DNA of 64,000 bases, taken from the NCBI GenBank assembly GCA_964019425.1, contig OZ025780.1:1054001-1118000 (forward strand), given 5' to 3'. Positions 13,601 to 24,119 of the stretch are shown one piece after another (positions within the stretch are counted from its first letter, which is position 1; every line of letters begins with the position of its first letter). Source of the stretch: Flectonema sp. DT1601 (Eukaryota). A program made the position numbers and the translations under genes. The notes under the pieces are model-generated. The model was given only the letters and a program-made list of their open reading frames with translations, searched no databases and was not told the origin of the DNA.

Positions 13601-14501
13601 TTTACCTGCACCTGGTGGGGAACCTTCTGATGTTACAAAACAATTATTAAAAGTAAAAGATAAAGTAAAAGACATATCAGAACGACAGGGATCTGATGAC
13701 GCATTCTTATCCTCACCGTTAACAAGGTACGGATCTGTTGACAGCCCTGCTGCTCCAAGAAGATCACCGTCACCTTCATTTGTTGGAAAGAATAAAAACC
13801 TTCCTACGGCAGAGGTAGAGAATAGTGATGTGGTCATCAAAGAGGATTGTGATACTTTTGAGAAAGTTGGATCCACTTTAGTGCAACTCGATGTGACTCG
13901 TGTTGACTCTCACTCATCAGATAGTGATAGTGGTAAAATTAAATCGGAATTATCACCTGGTCTACTCTCTCCCAAAACTGCGAGGAGGAAAAGATGTGAA
14001 TCAGAATCTTCTCATAAATCTGATGAACACGATCTGTGGTCAGGAAAGTTATCGAGTATGAGTTCTTGTAGCCCTCTTCATGGTGCTAGTCATTCCGATA
14101 ATTTTGATTCACCTTCTGCAAGTGACCTAAACCAACAACTTTCCACAGGGGTTCTTGCTGATACTGTATTATATTTCACTGAGAAGGAAGGGACAGAGGA
14201 ATTTCCAACAGCTGTTTCTCTGGAGTTGGACACGGCGCAGGTCACGTCTCCCAGAAGTGAATTTTGCTTTCTCGATCTTGATCCCAACACACCATTCGTA
14301 CCAGCTCCTTTTAGTGACGATGAGAGTCTTCATAATTCAACAAAGAGATCTCTTTTTATAGAGGAGGATGTTAAGAAAACAATCGACTCTTGGAATGATA
14401 ACCAGCTACGAGAACTCGCTAGGCTAACAAGAGATGTCCGCTCCATGAGAGACAAGATGAGGAAGCGAAACGAAAGCCTATTCTCTCTTTTGAAAAAATG
14501 A
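10674..14501 (+). CDS. Large Ser/Lys-rich repetitive protein with amphipathic ESKSL(V/I)DKIKE-type repeats and a C-terminal coiled coil
   Basis: 1275-aa ORF with a candidate acceptor ctctcttacacag ending at 10654. Recurring SLVDKIKE/NTEAIKSQV units. Confidence 0.8.
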   Translation: MGKVADGLQKVLKISEDLNKLRQNEELQAAAREILGDETIESAQQEIAGTLKSIKSIKKQVTAKKNELERDGVFEKISKTSNWVTERGFEKISNMKSSSQQNDGFEKMTSPTTSIQGYIKRKVDDTGFEKFSASTPVTKLRERGTAFSATVKEKANTSSLQSITEQVRAQGSNLNIQAIKNHGAILTEKLMEQGSPALSSKGNAFAEKMRVQGSNLSIEAIKTHGTSLAEKLGSPGSPVTVESLKNQGTVMTSRFTGQSPTQLYERGVTFAEKVSPSSIESLKNHGTAMAEKFREPSQYREKSASFVHKISQGAEILRDQNTAQLIEKGVSLSASASKFKDTNHLFETGASLAIRTMRDRSPSQTAASLVADPTSIAHKIGKTALTGKLNQIPVLGVVSEVATFTSTIPGLNLAVLPKADSPTTTDIDNLKKHSLSPRLMSDPVRKKGAALVEKIKQTGARPENEKLTNSSRNTIPNTNETESKSLVDKIKESGTKLHADSIKNQVISRFSSGSGGEGHNESNGTSLVNKIKENTNKLNTEAIKSQVTNSLKLSTNGEGESKSLIDTIKEKDLINKFKEGTSNLNTEVIKSQVSSSLGLANDGEGESKSLMDNIKERDIVNKFKEGINAESIKTQVSTTFGLSNNELENRNRSQSLVDKIKGGAAKLDAVANDNSLVNKIKQNTNKLNTGAIKEQVSASLKLSTKGEGESKSLIDTIKEKDLINKFKEGTSNLNTEVIKSQVSSSLGLANDGDGESKSLVDKIKENGTKLKTNTIKEKLVKSLGMRNGEDIQQVEDGSQIIITTELSSDPNTTPQSATKQDGGLLIDDLITAEKRPSFLQQRRPSQIDTNNLDQTLSSYQSESPLLSPDLQYCSAPVPTERKSSKPDDDLLKPVSGVGVGDTDEGSHVVSHDSSSAEDKFSLSPHAVSSNITPSQSDFSPLLDAARSLLVESAASSGDNLRELFQGDAQLGDTVKSLPAPGGEPSDVTKQLLKVKDKVKDISERQGSDDAFLSSPLTRYGSVDSPAAPRRSPSPSFVGKNKNLPTAEVENSDVVIKEDCDTFEKVGSTLVQLDVTRVDSHSSDSDSGKIKSELSPGLLSPKTARRKRCESESSHKSDEHDLWSGKLSSMSSCSPLHGASHSDNFDSPSASDLNQQLSTGVLADTVLYFTEKEGTEEFPTAVSLELDTAQVTSPRSEFCFLDLDPNTPFVPAPFSDDESLHNSTKRSLFIEEDVKKTIDSWNDNQLRELARLTRDVRSMRDKMRKRNESLFSLLKK
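12321..12960 (+). repeat. Intragenic duplication, 447-nt (149-aa) offset
   Basis: gaatcaaagtccttaatagacacaattaaagagaaagacctc...ggacttgcaaatgacgg occurs at 12351 and 12798, near-identical over about 150 nt. Confidence 0.92.
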
Positions 14502-15198
14502 TAAATTTTTTTTATTTATTTTTATTTTTTTTTTATCACCAGAGACTTGTCCTTCTATTCTGTTGTGAAGAAATCTTAAATACTATTAAAAGCATTGTTT
14601 GTTATGGTTTTTTGAAGGTACAATGGGGTTTTTTCCTGTTTTGTACCTTTTTTTTTTTTTTAAAATTTGTAACAACGTTACGATTGACTTCAGATAACGT
14701 TAAACTTAAACCAACCACATTGGAATAAGGTTAAATTAAGTTATTGAAAATCTAATTTTTTGTTGTTGTTTATCTTGCTTAACCATTCAACCCCCCCTTC
14801 TGTGTATGAGGTAAAAAAGAACTTTTTAATGTTCTCTTTTTATCATTCTGTATAAGCAGTTTTTTCCTGATACTATTTTTTTTTCTTTTTTTGCGATCTT
14901 TACTTCACGCTTACTATTTGTGTTTATGACCTTTAGGGGGATTCATACTGTGTTTTTGTTGATTGGCCTTGTCTTAGTAGTTATGAAGACCAAGGGAAAA
15001 GAGGTGTTTTTTTTTTTTTGTGTTTATTTATGTTCTGAGGTTTGGTGTTTAATTTTATATAAGTTTAGGTTGTCGTTGTTTGTGTTTGTTTTAATTTGCA
15101 ATTTTTCCTGACGTAGAAAAAAAAAAACAACCAGGAAATAGTCTTCAAGTGGGTTTTTTTTATAAAAAATTAATACAACTTTCCCTCACAGTCAGCAT

Positions 15199-17409
15199 AT
15201 GAGTTACCGACCGGTGAAGGGTAACGTTAGCCCTCCTCCTGCTCTAGATGAACATCGGGTATGTTTTCTTTTATTTGATTATTTCAAAACCATGGTGTCC
15301 ATGTGTTAGTTTTTGATGTGGGAAAATTAAACAAACCCGCAGAGAGGCTATCGAGGATCACCTGTAGGGTCGCCACGATCACAGTACTCCAGCCCAGTGA
15401 GATGGAAACGACTTTCTACGGCATTTCCAATTACAGTTTGGCCACCTGAGTTGGGGAAACCTCGTGGTGTCAGTGAAGGAGTTCTATTGGGAATACCTCC
15501 TCCAGGAGTGTCTGGTCAATGGGACAGCATGACAACTGATGGAAGGCTTTACAAATTACAAAATTATTACAACGATCAACAATGTGAAGTTTTATTCTAT
15601 AATGCAACCAGAGGAACAGTATTCTACATCGGATATGAATTCACTAGAGATTCACAAGTAACTCCTGGAAGTAGAGCAGTCGAACACGATGTCAATTCAA
15701 ATATATTGTCTGGCAGCATTGACCCAGGACAGACAATTAAATTCTGTAGTGGAGTCATCACTGGTTGTAAACTAAACCTAACACAGTCAGGTGTTTCTGA
15801 ACAGTTCGGTGATCAGTTGATAGTCGAGAAAGAGTTATCAGATGTTCATAAATTAATTAAATCATCTCCTAATAATTCGAGTAAAGACATATCAGCAATG
15901 TGTGTTAATAACAAAATACCATTCGTAGATCTAAGTTTCCCTCCAACGTCATCTTCACTTGGGAGCGGGTTGCCTCAGTACTGCTGGGCTCGGCCAAGTC
16001 ATTATTTGAGTGGTGATATTTCCAGAAATATTTCAGTTTTTGGTAAATCAGTTGAACCGAATGATATCGATCAAGGGTTATTAGGAGACGCGTGGTTCTC
16101 ATGTGCTTTAGCTGCCGCAGCAGAGTTTCCTCAAATCTTACGAACTTGTTTCATGGCAACCCAAGAACAGGTTGCAGAACGAGCATACGGAGCTTACAGT
16201 ATTCGATTATGTATCCATGGATGGTGGCAGAGTATTGTAGTCGATGATTATCTGCCTGTGTTGGGTATTGAACCAGCTTTTGCACGCACAGTACGAAACC
16301 CAACTCATTTATGGGTATCGTTATTACAAAAAGCTTTTGCAAAAGCTAGACAGAGCTACGCATCTCTTCAAATTGGTGATCCTGTTGAGGCTTTACTCGA
16401 TCTCACGGGATTGCCGTCACGTAGGTTTGACTGGTCTGATCAGCAACTGTTTCCAAAAGTTGAGGGTCTTCTTAAAACTCCTTCCTTTGAAGGAATGATA
16501 TTATTTCACTTATCTGATCGTGGTAATGGTGACTTGTTTAAACAACATGGTCTTATCCCTGGTTATTCTTATTGTCTTCTTGAAGCGAAGACAATAACAA
16601 CACGAGGTGATGAGTCTCATCAAATGCTTCGAATTAGAAATGCCTGGGGTGACTGCAGTCTGTACAGAGGTAGATGGTGTTCTCAAGACACTGCTTGGCA
16701 TCAATATCCAGAAGTAGCACAGTCTTGTGGTATTCAATCAGGTAATGGAGATGGTGCTGATGGTTCATTTTGGATTGATTGGGAAACAGCTCGAGGTTGG
16801 TTCGATGGAGGAGGTATCGTCCACACGACACCACATTCTTGGCCAGAAGTTCGAATCGCTTCTGAAATAAAATCTGGTGAACCATTTCATATTCTTGAAG
16901 TATGGCTTGAAACTCCCCACTCAGTTGATTCCTTTATTGGAGTTCATCAACGTGCTGGAGACCAATACGCTGCTTTACTCTTAACTGTCATCGCACCACT
17001 TCCTGAAAATGGATGGACGGTTCATCAGAATGCTCGTTCTCACGGAGGTCGATTCTGTCGTGCCAGAGACATTTCACATCCCTTTACCTTCGCTCCAGTT
17101 CCTGGTAAGGTGCGTCGTCCTTATTATATTGTCTGTAGGTGTAAAGATGCAGTAAGTTGTACTGTTGTTTTATCTATTCACGCTCCATCAAAGTTTGCTA
17201 CGATTGTCGTAAAGAGACCGACGACACGTCTTTTATCGTCTCTGAGGTATACTCCAATTTGGAAACCTGGTTCTGATGCATCTTTTGATCCAAATGGTTG
17301 TGTACCTATTCAAGCAGCACAACAATTAAATATCGTTCAAACACAAACATCTCAAACTACACACATGACTGCAATGTCTGATAAACCAGATTTAAGACCT
17401 TTTCAATAG
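15199..17409 (+). CDS. Calpain-like protein (DUF1935-like + CysPc + domain III), probably catalytically inactive; exons 15199-15258 and 15343-17409
   Basis: ATG at 15199 after ttccctcacag. An 84-nt phase-0 intron GTATGT...CCCGCAG joins in frame to the 15397 ORF. Motifs FVDLSFPP, PNDIDQGLLGDAW, VVDDYLP, LWVSLLQKAFAK, IRNAWG, DGSFWI, plus N-terminal LFYNAT...PGQTIKFCSG like DUF1935. Confidence 0.9.
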
Positions 17410-18499
17410 GGTTTCGACGTTGTCGATGTAGTGAAATTATTTGTTCTTTTGAAAACGATGTCTAACGAAAAAAGCTGTTTTGTCTTTGTTATTTTATTTC
17501 TTCGTTTTTTTTTTTTTTTTTTTAAATCAGTTTGATTATGTCCTCCAGGCATTTCATTGTCAGGTTGGACTTTGTTGAAAACTTCAATTTTATTATCCCT
17601 ACAGGTCGTCGATTCGTTCGTTTCACTTGTTCTCTTTTTTCATTTTTTTTTTGCTATAATTCGCATAAGCGATTTATTCACCTTCCCAAGTGAATAAAAA
17701 AAACTTTCTTTCATGAACCTGTAATTAATTATGAAAAAAAAAAAAATCAAAAGCAATTTTTTTTTTTTTTTTTTTTAAATTTTTTTTTTATTTATTTTAC
17801 TCTTATCTTGGCTTCTTAGGGAAAATTTACATTTCTGAGGTGAAAATCAGAAAGTACAGTACTGGTTCACTCCTGCCTTTTGGTTAGTGAACTTCCAGAT
17901 AGTTTCTTTGTGTGAGGCTCTCGTACAAATTGCATTGGCAGTCGTGTTATCTGGAGTTGGTTGACTACTCGCCAAAGACATTGTTCTGGATTGCGAGAGT
18001 CACGAAAGTAGAGCCACACTGCCTGGGGCAGCAGAGTGCACAGAAGCAGCCAGGAATGCAGGATGGACTCCTGCAGGGCTCGTAGACGCTGGGATGTAAC
18101 TTTTCCCTTTGAAGCCTCCAATCAAGTAAAATAAAACGGCAGTTTTAGATATGCAACAAAATCAGATACATGTTTTCACTTGTGGGTGGGTAAACACACT
18201 CGGTTAAAAAAAACTCGCCCACGCTTGAAAATCAGGCTCTCTAATTTTCATTAAATCAATAGTTTATAGTTTTTTTTTCCCCCAAAGTTATTTATTTTGT
18301 TGTTTCCTTACCTGTATCCTTTCTTATGTGTGAACTCAGCGAAAACTTGTTGTAATTATGTCTTTGTGGTGTCAAAAGAACATCATGAAGAACACCCAGC
18401 TGATACAGGGACTGAGTACCTGTGTTGCTATCACTTCTTATCATTAAAGGTTAACAATTATAATTAATTTATCTAAATCAGCCACACTCTTATACAACA

Positions 18500-20832
18500 A
18501 TGAGGGGGCTACTCGCGAGGTGTAATTATAGGAGACCTGCTGGTCCAGGTGCTGCTGTTGAAGTTTGCTTTGGAACCCGACCACTTCTAAAAAGTATTGA
18601 AAGCCTTCTTCCATCTGGTAGCGAAGAAAAACAAACTGTTGATGTGAGGGAAGGGTTGACGCCGTTGGTTGCGGAATTGGTGAGAGAGTTCAGACCTACG
18701 ATGTCACACCACACGCTAAATAGGTACACAGCACAACGTGATATATTAGAAAAGGAGATACCTCTACTGGTTTCTAATTGGAATCAAACACACACCGCGT
18801 GGCTGACAAAGGCCACGTCAGATGAGGTGCTCTGTCTTGCAAAGCTACTCGTCACCTCAGACTGTGGTACTCCGTCACTTGATATGTCTTCATGTTTTAG
18901 TAATAAAATATCATCGTTGTGTCGGGAAATTAATTTTATAAATTGTCATTCAAGACGAGTTATTTTAGACTGTTTGAGAATTATAAATACGAACTCCCTT
19001 GACTTCTCTATAGGAGTACTTGCTGATGAAGTCTTCACATCTCTCGCAGTCATGGTGGAGGATGATTCTCCAGAAGCGGAAGTATTCGCTAATGAAATAA
19101 CGAAGACACTCGGAGTCGAATCGATCTCTTCAATTGAGTTGCTGCAATCGAGTGACTTGTTAGATACGATTCCTTTGGAGGGAATCACTGAATTACTAAA
19201 ACACTTGCGACAAATTAATTGTAAACTCGGCTGTAGCATTCTCGTTCAACATATCAACAATTGGGTTAAGAAACCATCATCAGAATCTCTCTCTGAGATT
19301 ACTTTGTTGTCGAAAATGCTTTCAGCGTTTCCTTATTACGGAGAAGCAGTGGAATACACAACTTCGACTTGCATAGCTGCAAAGTGTGTTAAAATATTAG
19401 AAAAACACAGAAATGCTGAAGGAACGAATGAGCACATTTGTCCCAACGACTTAGTTGTGATCACCTGCGCTTTAGCATCTCTGAAAATTAGAGTTCCACA
19501 ATTGCTTACTCTTGTTGCTGTTGCTCTTCGACCTTTATTATCGAAACTGTCATCGTCACAAGTTGGTGCTCTGACGTATGCTTATGGAAGGTTGAATTGT
19601 TATGATAAGCAACTGTTCAGTGATATCGAAAATTATTTGTTGTTATGCGACGATGCCAGTGCTCGTGTTGTAATTCTGACGTCCATGGGAATGTTAAATC
19701 ACACCATGAGTTTTGATAATATTTTATTATCTGCTATTCATGTAATGGACAGCTGGTGTAATTGTGATCTGTCTGACCCAGTGATCGCGAGAGGTGTTGC
19801 TGTCCAGTTTCAATTCTTGTCATCGGCTGTTGCTAACTTAGTTGCGAGTCACGAATCGGATTCAGTTGTTAATTTGATTAATGCGATGTCAGCCCATGCT
19901 GTCCAACTTGAATTATTATCAAATCTCTCTTTAGATGAATTGTCTAGTGTTGTGAAGGCTTTTTCAACATTCTCACGGATTGGAGAACACCAACCGAATG
20001 TTGTAATTCTTTTTAGAAATTGTTCTGAAAGAGTTTGTCAACTTCTTCTATCAACACCCACATCGATATCAGAAGAGTTGTTAGTACAACTTATAAAACA
20101 TTTATGTGAATGTGATGATTTAGGAGATTCACTTGACAACATAACATCATTCTTCGTATCTAATTTTGAAATTCTATTGCAAGCAGTTGAGGGTAACCGA
20201 TTGGTCAAAAGTATAACTGAGCTCATCCAAGTAGTTCCTGAGAACGTTTCTTCATCGATTCTACAGAAAATAGATCTTCACATTCAACAAAATCAGTCTT
20301 GGGTCTCCAACCTAACATGTGATTCACTCGCATGCTTATTCATCTCACCTCTAAATATATTAAAAAGAGGAAGTTCAACCTCTGCTGCTATCCTCCTGAA
20401 TGAGTCTATTCACGTTGATAAGGTTGGGTCGTTAACTGCTGCTTCAGCGACTGTGTTTTTGTGTTCAGCAGTAGAATGTAGAAGCCCTGCAGTGTTTTTT
20501 ACTGACTTTAATTACATGATTAAGAAACCTGTGATGAGCGAAATGAGTTTGTGGGATCGACTGTCAGGAGCTGAGCAGAACTTCTTTCAATCTCTACTTG
20601 AGACTCAGGGTGTCGTAGAGTCAGATGATCAGTACTCTCAGCCTCGGTCTTATATTTTAGAAAGACGAGTCACCCCGGGATCGAACTATCAAACTCTCAT
20701 CCAACCCGATGAGTTGTCGGCTGATACGCTAACGGTATGTATTCGATTTGAGTATTTGTTCTTTAAGATGCGATGATACGAGCCTTTCAAACAAAAAAAA
20801 CCCAACAGGAGTTTCGTGTGACTCTGTGTTAA
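18500..20832 (+). CDS. Helical-repeat protein, possibly mitochondrial RNA-binding (RAP/FASTK-like); probable exons 18500-20734 and 20809-20832
   Basis: Long Leu/Ser-rich ORF with a basic N-terminus MRGLLARCNYRRP (presequence-like). LSSSQVGALTYAYGRLNCYDKQLF resembles FAST/RAP-associated helical repeats. Putative 74-nt intron GTATGT(20735)...CCCAACAG(20808) gives the C-terminus EFRVTLC*. Confidence 0.65.
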
Positions 20833-22190
20833 GATCCATATCTGTCTTTCACTCACAATTCTAACTAACAGTTTGAGGATTGACCATCTTCCCTAACCTC
20901 CTACTTATTACGTTACCTTCTTTTTAAATATTTTTATTTTTTTTTTAATTTCACGTTGCGAGTTGCCTTGTGTTCACTGTGTTTTGCAAGAGCTGACCCT
21001 GTAAGGTGACCCTGTGAGGACATAATTCTCACTCTCTTTTTTTTTTTTTTTTTTTTTAACATATTATTTTTAATAAAGTGTACATTTTCTACCAGTAGTG
21101 AAAGATGCTTAGTAATTATTATTAACTAACTTTGGTGGATATAAAGCAACTTGAAACTGGCTAAACTAAATAGTTGCCTGAAGTGTTTCAAACACTTCAG
21201 CAAGCATCAATCGATCAGCGGACAAGGTAGGCATACTGAAAGATTGTGTCTACTAACGTTGCTGTTCTTCTACCGTGAGTTCACACGAATTTCTATTCTC
21301 TTATGGTTAATTCTGTATTTTTTCCTTTTCATTTCGTGACGGCTTGCTACCACGAAGCCAAGCCAGTCCTGCTTGTCTTTATTGTAGTGATGTCTAACAA
21401 GAAGAGTTTGTATTTATACTTTGTTGTACTCTCTACTACTACTACAGGCTGGTGTTGACTGATGTCGAAAAAAAAAAAAAGTTTGTTTCGTTACGTAGTA
21501 ACCCTGATGGATATCTATTGCTTTGTTGAACCTAAAGCATCTCACTCATAATGTTTATTATTGGTGAGGAGCTGTTCTTCGATTTATTTTATTTTATTTT
21601 ATTTTATTTTGTTTTCAAAAATCAATCTTTTTTTATTATAAAAGTTTTGGACCGATAAAAAAAAGTAATTAACGAAGTCGGCTGTTTTCTCTATCCCCCC
21701 ACTATAGTGAAGTCGATTCGTTTTTTTGTTATTTTTTTTTTTTTTAAAAAAAAAAAACCCCACAACAATTCAACAAGAAATCAGTTGTTTTTCTCATTAC
21801 TACTCGCGACTAACCTGCTTTAACAATATTAGTTAAAACAAAAGCTGCGTTTCCCTTTTGTTTTCTTATCATGTCCCCTGCCTGCCTCAGAACCGGAATG
21901 GTGGCAACGAGAAAATAATACCCCCCCTCCCTTTTCTTCCCAGATGAATCTTTTCGTATCGTATCAAACTTCCCTTTTTGTTTTCGTATGCTTGTTGAGA
22001 TAATATTCCTGCTTTGTTTGCAAGAAAAAAAATCCCTTCAAAAGTTTTGTTGTTTACCTTAATGTCGTCTACACTCAAACACCTCGCAATCTGTTTAAAA
22101 GAATAGAATGAAACTAAAATTATTAAATGTTTTATTATTTGTTTTCTTATTTGTTTACTCCAAAATAGTTAGTCCGGTACAGATCACTAG

Positions 22191-22270
22191 GTCTCTTATC
22201 GTCTGTGAGAGTCTCCCGGTTGGTTGGTAGCGATATAACTGTTACCCCCCCCCCTGGTTTCGTAAATAAA
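22191..22270 (+). repeat. Dispersed repeat family C, copy 1
   Basis: gtctcttatcgtctgtgagagtctc.cggttg..tggtagcgatat(a)actgttaccc...ttcgtaaataaa recurs at 52319-52424. Confidence 0.88.
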
Positions 22271-22649
22271 TAAAAATAAATCATACTGCTGGACTATGTT
22301 GATACACTTTGTCTTTTTTCTTTTTTTTTTAAAAGTATATTTGTTTGTTTAGAACTTTTTTTGTTCTATATGTGTTCTACACCTGCGTTCTTATTCTTTT
22401 TTTTTTTATTTCGTTGTGTTCTTTACTTTTTTTTTTCCTCTCTCTCTCTGTCTTAGAAGTGCTGCAGTCAGGCACAAGAGTTTTTGTTTACTTCTGTTTT
22501 TTTTTTTCCATAGAAATTCAATTTTTTTTATTATATTAATTTGTACCATATCAGCAGTGAAGAATATTTTATTGAAGTACATGGGTGATTCTCAAGTACT
22601 GTGATCGTGTTTACTGCTGTTGTTTAATAATTCACACTTAGAAAAAATC

Positions 22650-22704
22650 TTTTTTGCATTTAACAAGTATTGTATGTCTTACAATACTTGTCAAATGCAA
22701 AAAA
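22650..22704. repeat. Near-perfect 25-bp inverted repeat with a 5-nt loop
   Basis: ttttttgcatttaacaagtattgta-tgtct-tacaatacttgtcaaatgcaaaaaa, one mismatch. Confidence 0.9.
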
Positions 22705-23472
22705 AAAAAAAAAATAATAAATAAAAACCATACCGTGGATTTTCTTCCTGCGAGAGAGTCTTCTCACTCCTGTTCACCTTTCGAAGTTAGCAACTTCTGA
22801 CGGCAGCAGTAGTTTTGTATCATAACGTGGAGACTCCTTTTGAGTCTTCTCACTCCTCGAGGTGACTCGTCATCAGCTTGGGGGATGTGTTAAACCAGTA
22901 CTGACATTGTATCATATCGTGAGGACTCTATGACGTCTTCTCACTTAGAGCGGCAGTTCGAAAGTTCTTTTTCAAACTGATCAAAGAATCATGCAAATAC
23001 AACCAAATAACGGGTACCGATACCGTATGGTATGCCTTTATTAGATATGCTCCACTGCGAGGAGGTTTTTCAATTCAACTGAGAAAAGTATTTCGTTTTA
23101 CGCGTTTAACTTTTTATCTTGTCCAGCTAATAAACTGCTGGCAGTTTCTTCTTCAGTGTGATGTCCACACACTGAGAACGAAGGATTTCATTTTTTTGCG
23201 AGTTCCAAAATATAAAGGCAACCTTTTCAGCGTAGCTGTTTTTGGGGAACAATAAAGAAATGTCCCAGCCGCAGTATACTTTGAGGCTATCGCTATAAAA
23301 AGTCAACAAGTTGATACTCTATTCTAACGAAAAAAAAAAAAAACAAGAAAAACAAGAGAAACTCCATTTTGTTTCTCACCATTCCGATGTGTCTTTTTCG
23401 TTTACCTTAAATATATTTCAAAGTGATATTTATTTGTTGATAACTTTTATTTTTACTCACAGCAAAAAAAAA

Positions 23473-23724
23473 ATGGAGAGCAAGTCTCACACGCATAATG
23501 TCGGACCGGGAACCACGTACACTCTTGAAAATCCAGGTGTGTGTCTGCGTCCAGCTTTCTTAATCTGCTCTTTTTCACTACGCGTTTTCTTAAAAAAACA
23601 AACAGGCAAGGTTACTATCCAAAACAGAAGTCAGGGAGACGTGCAAATTGCTGGACAGCTGACGGTCACTGGCCAGTCGAATGTTGTGCAAAAACAGCCG
23701 CACTCGTTTGTTAGCTTCACGTAA
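23473..23724 (+). CDS. 60-aa beta-rich microprotein; exons 23473-23536 and 23606-23724
   Basis: Acceptor-like ttttactcacag (23462), then ATG at 23473. Removing a 69-nt GTGTGT...AAACAAACAG intron gives MESKSHTHNVGPGTTYTLENPGKVTIQNRSQGDVQIAGQLTVTGQSNVVQKQPHSFVSFT. Confidence 0.6.
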   Translation: MESKSHTHNVGPGTTYTLENPGVCLRPAFLICSFSLRVFLKKQTGKVTIQNRSQGDVQIAGQLTVTGQSNVVQKQPHSFVSFT

Positions 23725-24119
23725 TGATTGATATTCATCAAGCTCTGAAGTTGATGTGCAAAAGTTATATTGAACGATTCGCAGTCTCGTGCACTTGGGG
23801 TGTCAGCTGTAACTCGAAACTGCGGTTTGCGAGGGACTTCTTTTTTACACGTGCGATGGGTCGAATGTCCTGATTGAAAGAGAATTACTTATCAATTACA
23901 CTTCACTGGTAATAAAAAAAAAAATTCACATCATTTTTTGAAAAGTCAACAAGTCAACACATTTTCTCAGAGAAAAAAAAAAAAAAAAAAATTATGATCG
24001 TGTCAAGTTCGCGTCTGGGTCGAGTCATAAAAGCAGCCGAAACCGGCTCTTTATTTTTTCTTTTTTTATTCTATGAAGGCTGATGATTCCTTAATTACCC
24101 ACAAAAAGACAGCACAAAC

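Noticed and set aside
22745..22955. CRISPR-like repeat-spacer appearance
   Set aside because: Only 2-3 degenerate units, eukaryotic context and no cas genes; kept only as a low-level repeat finding.
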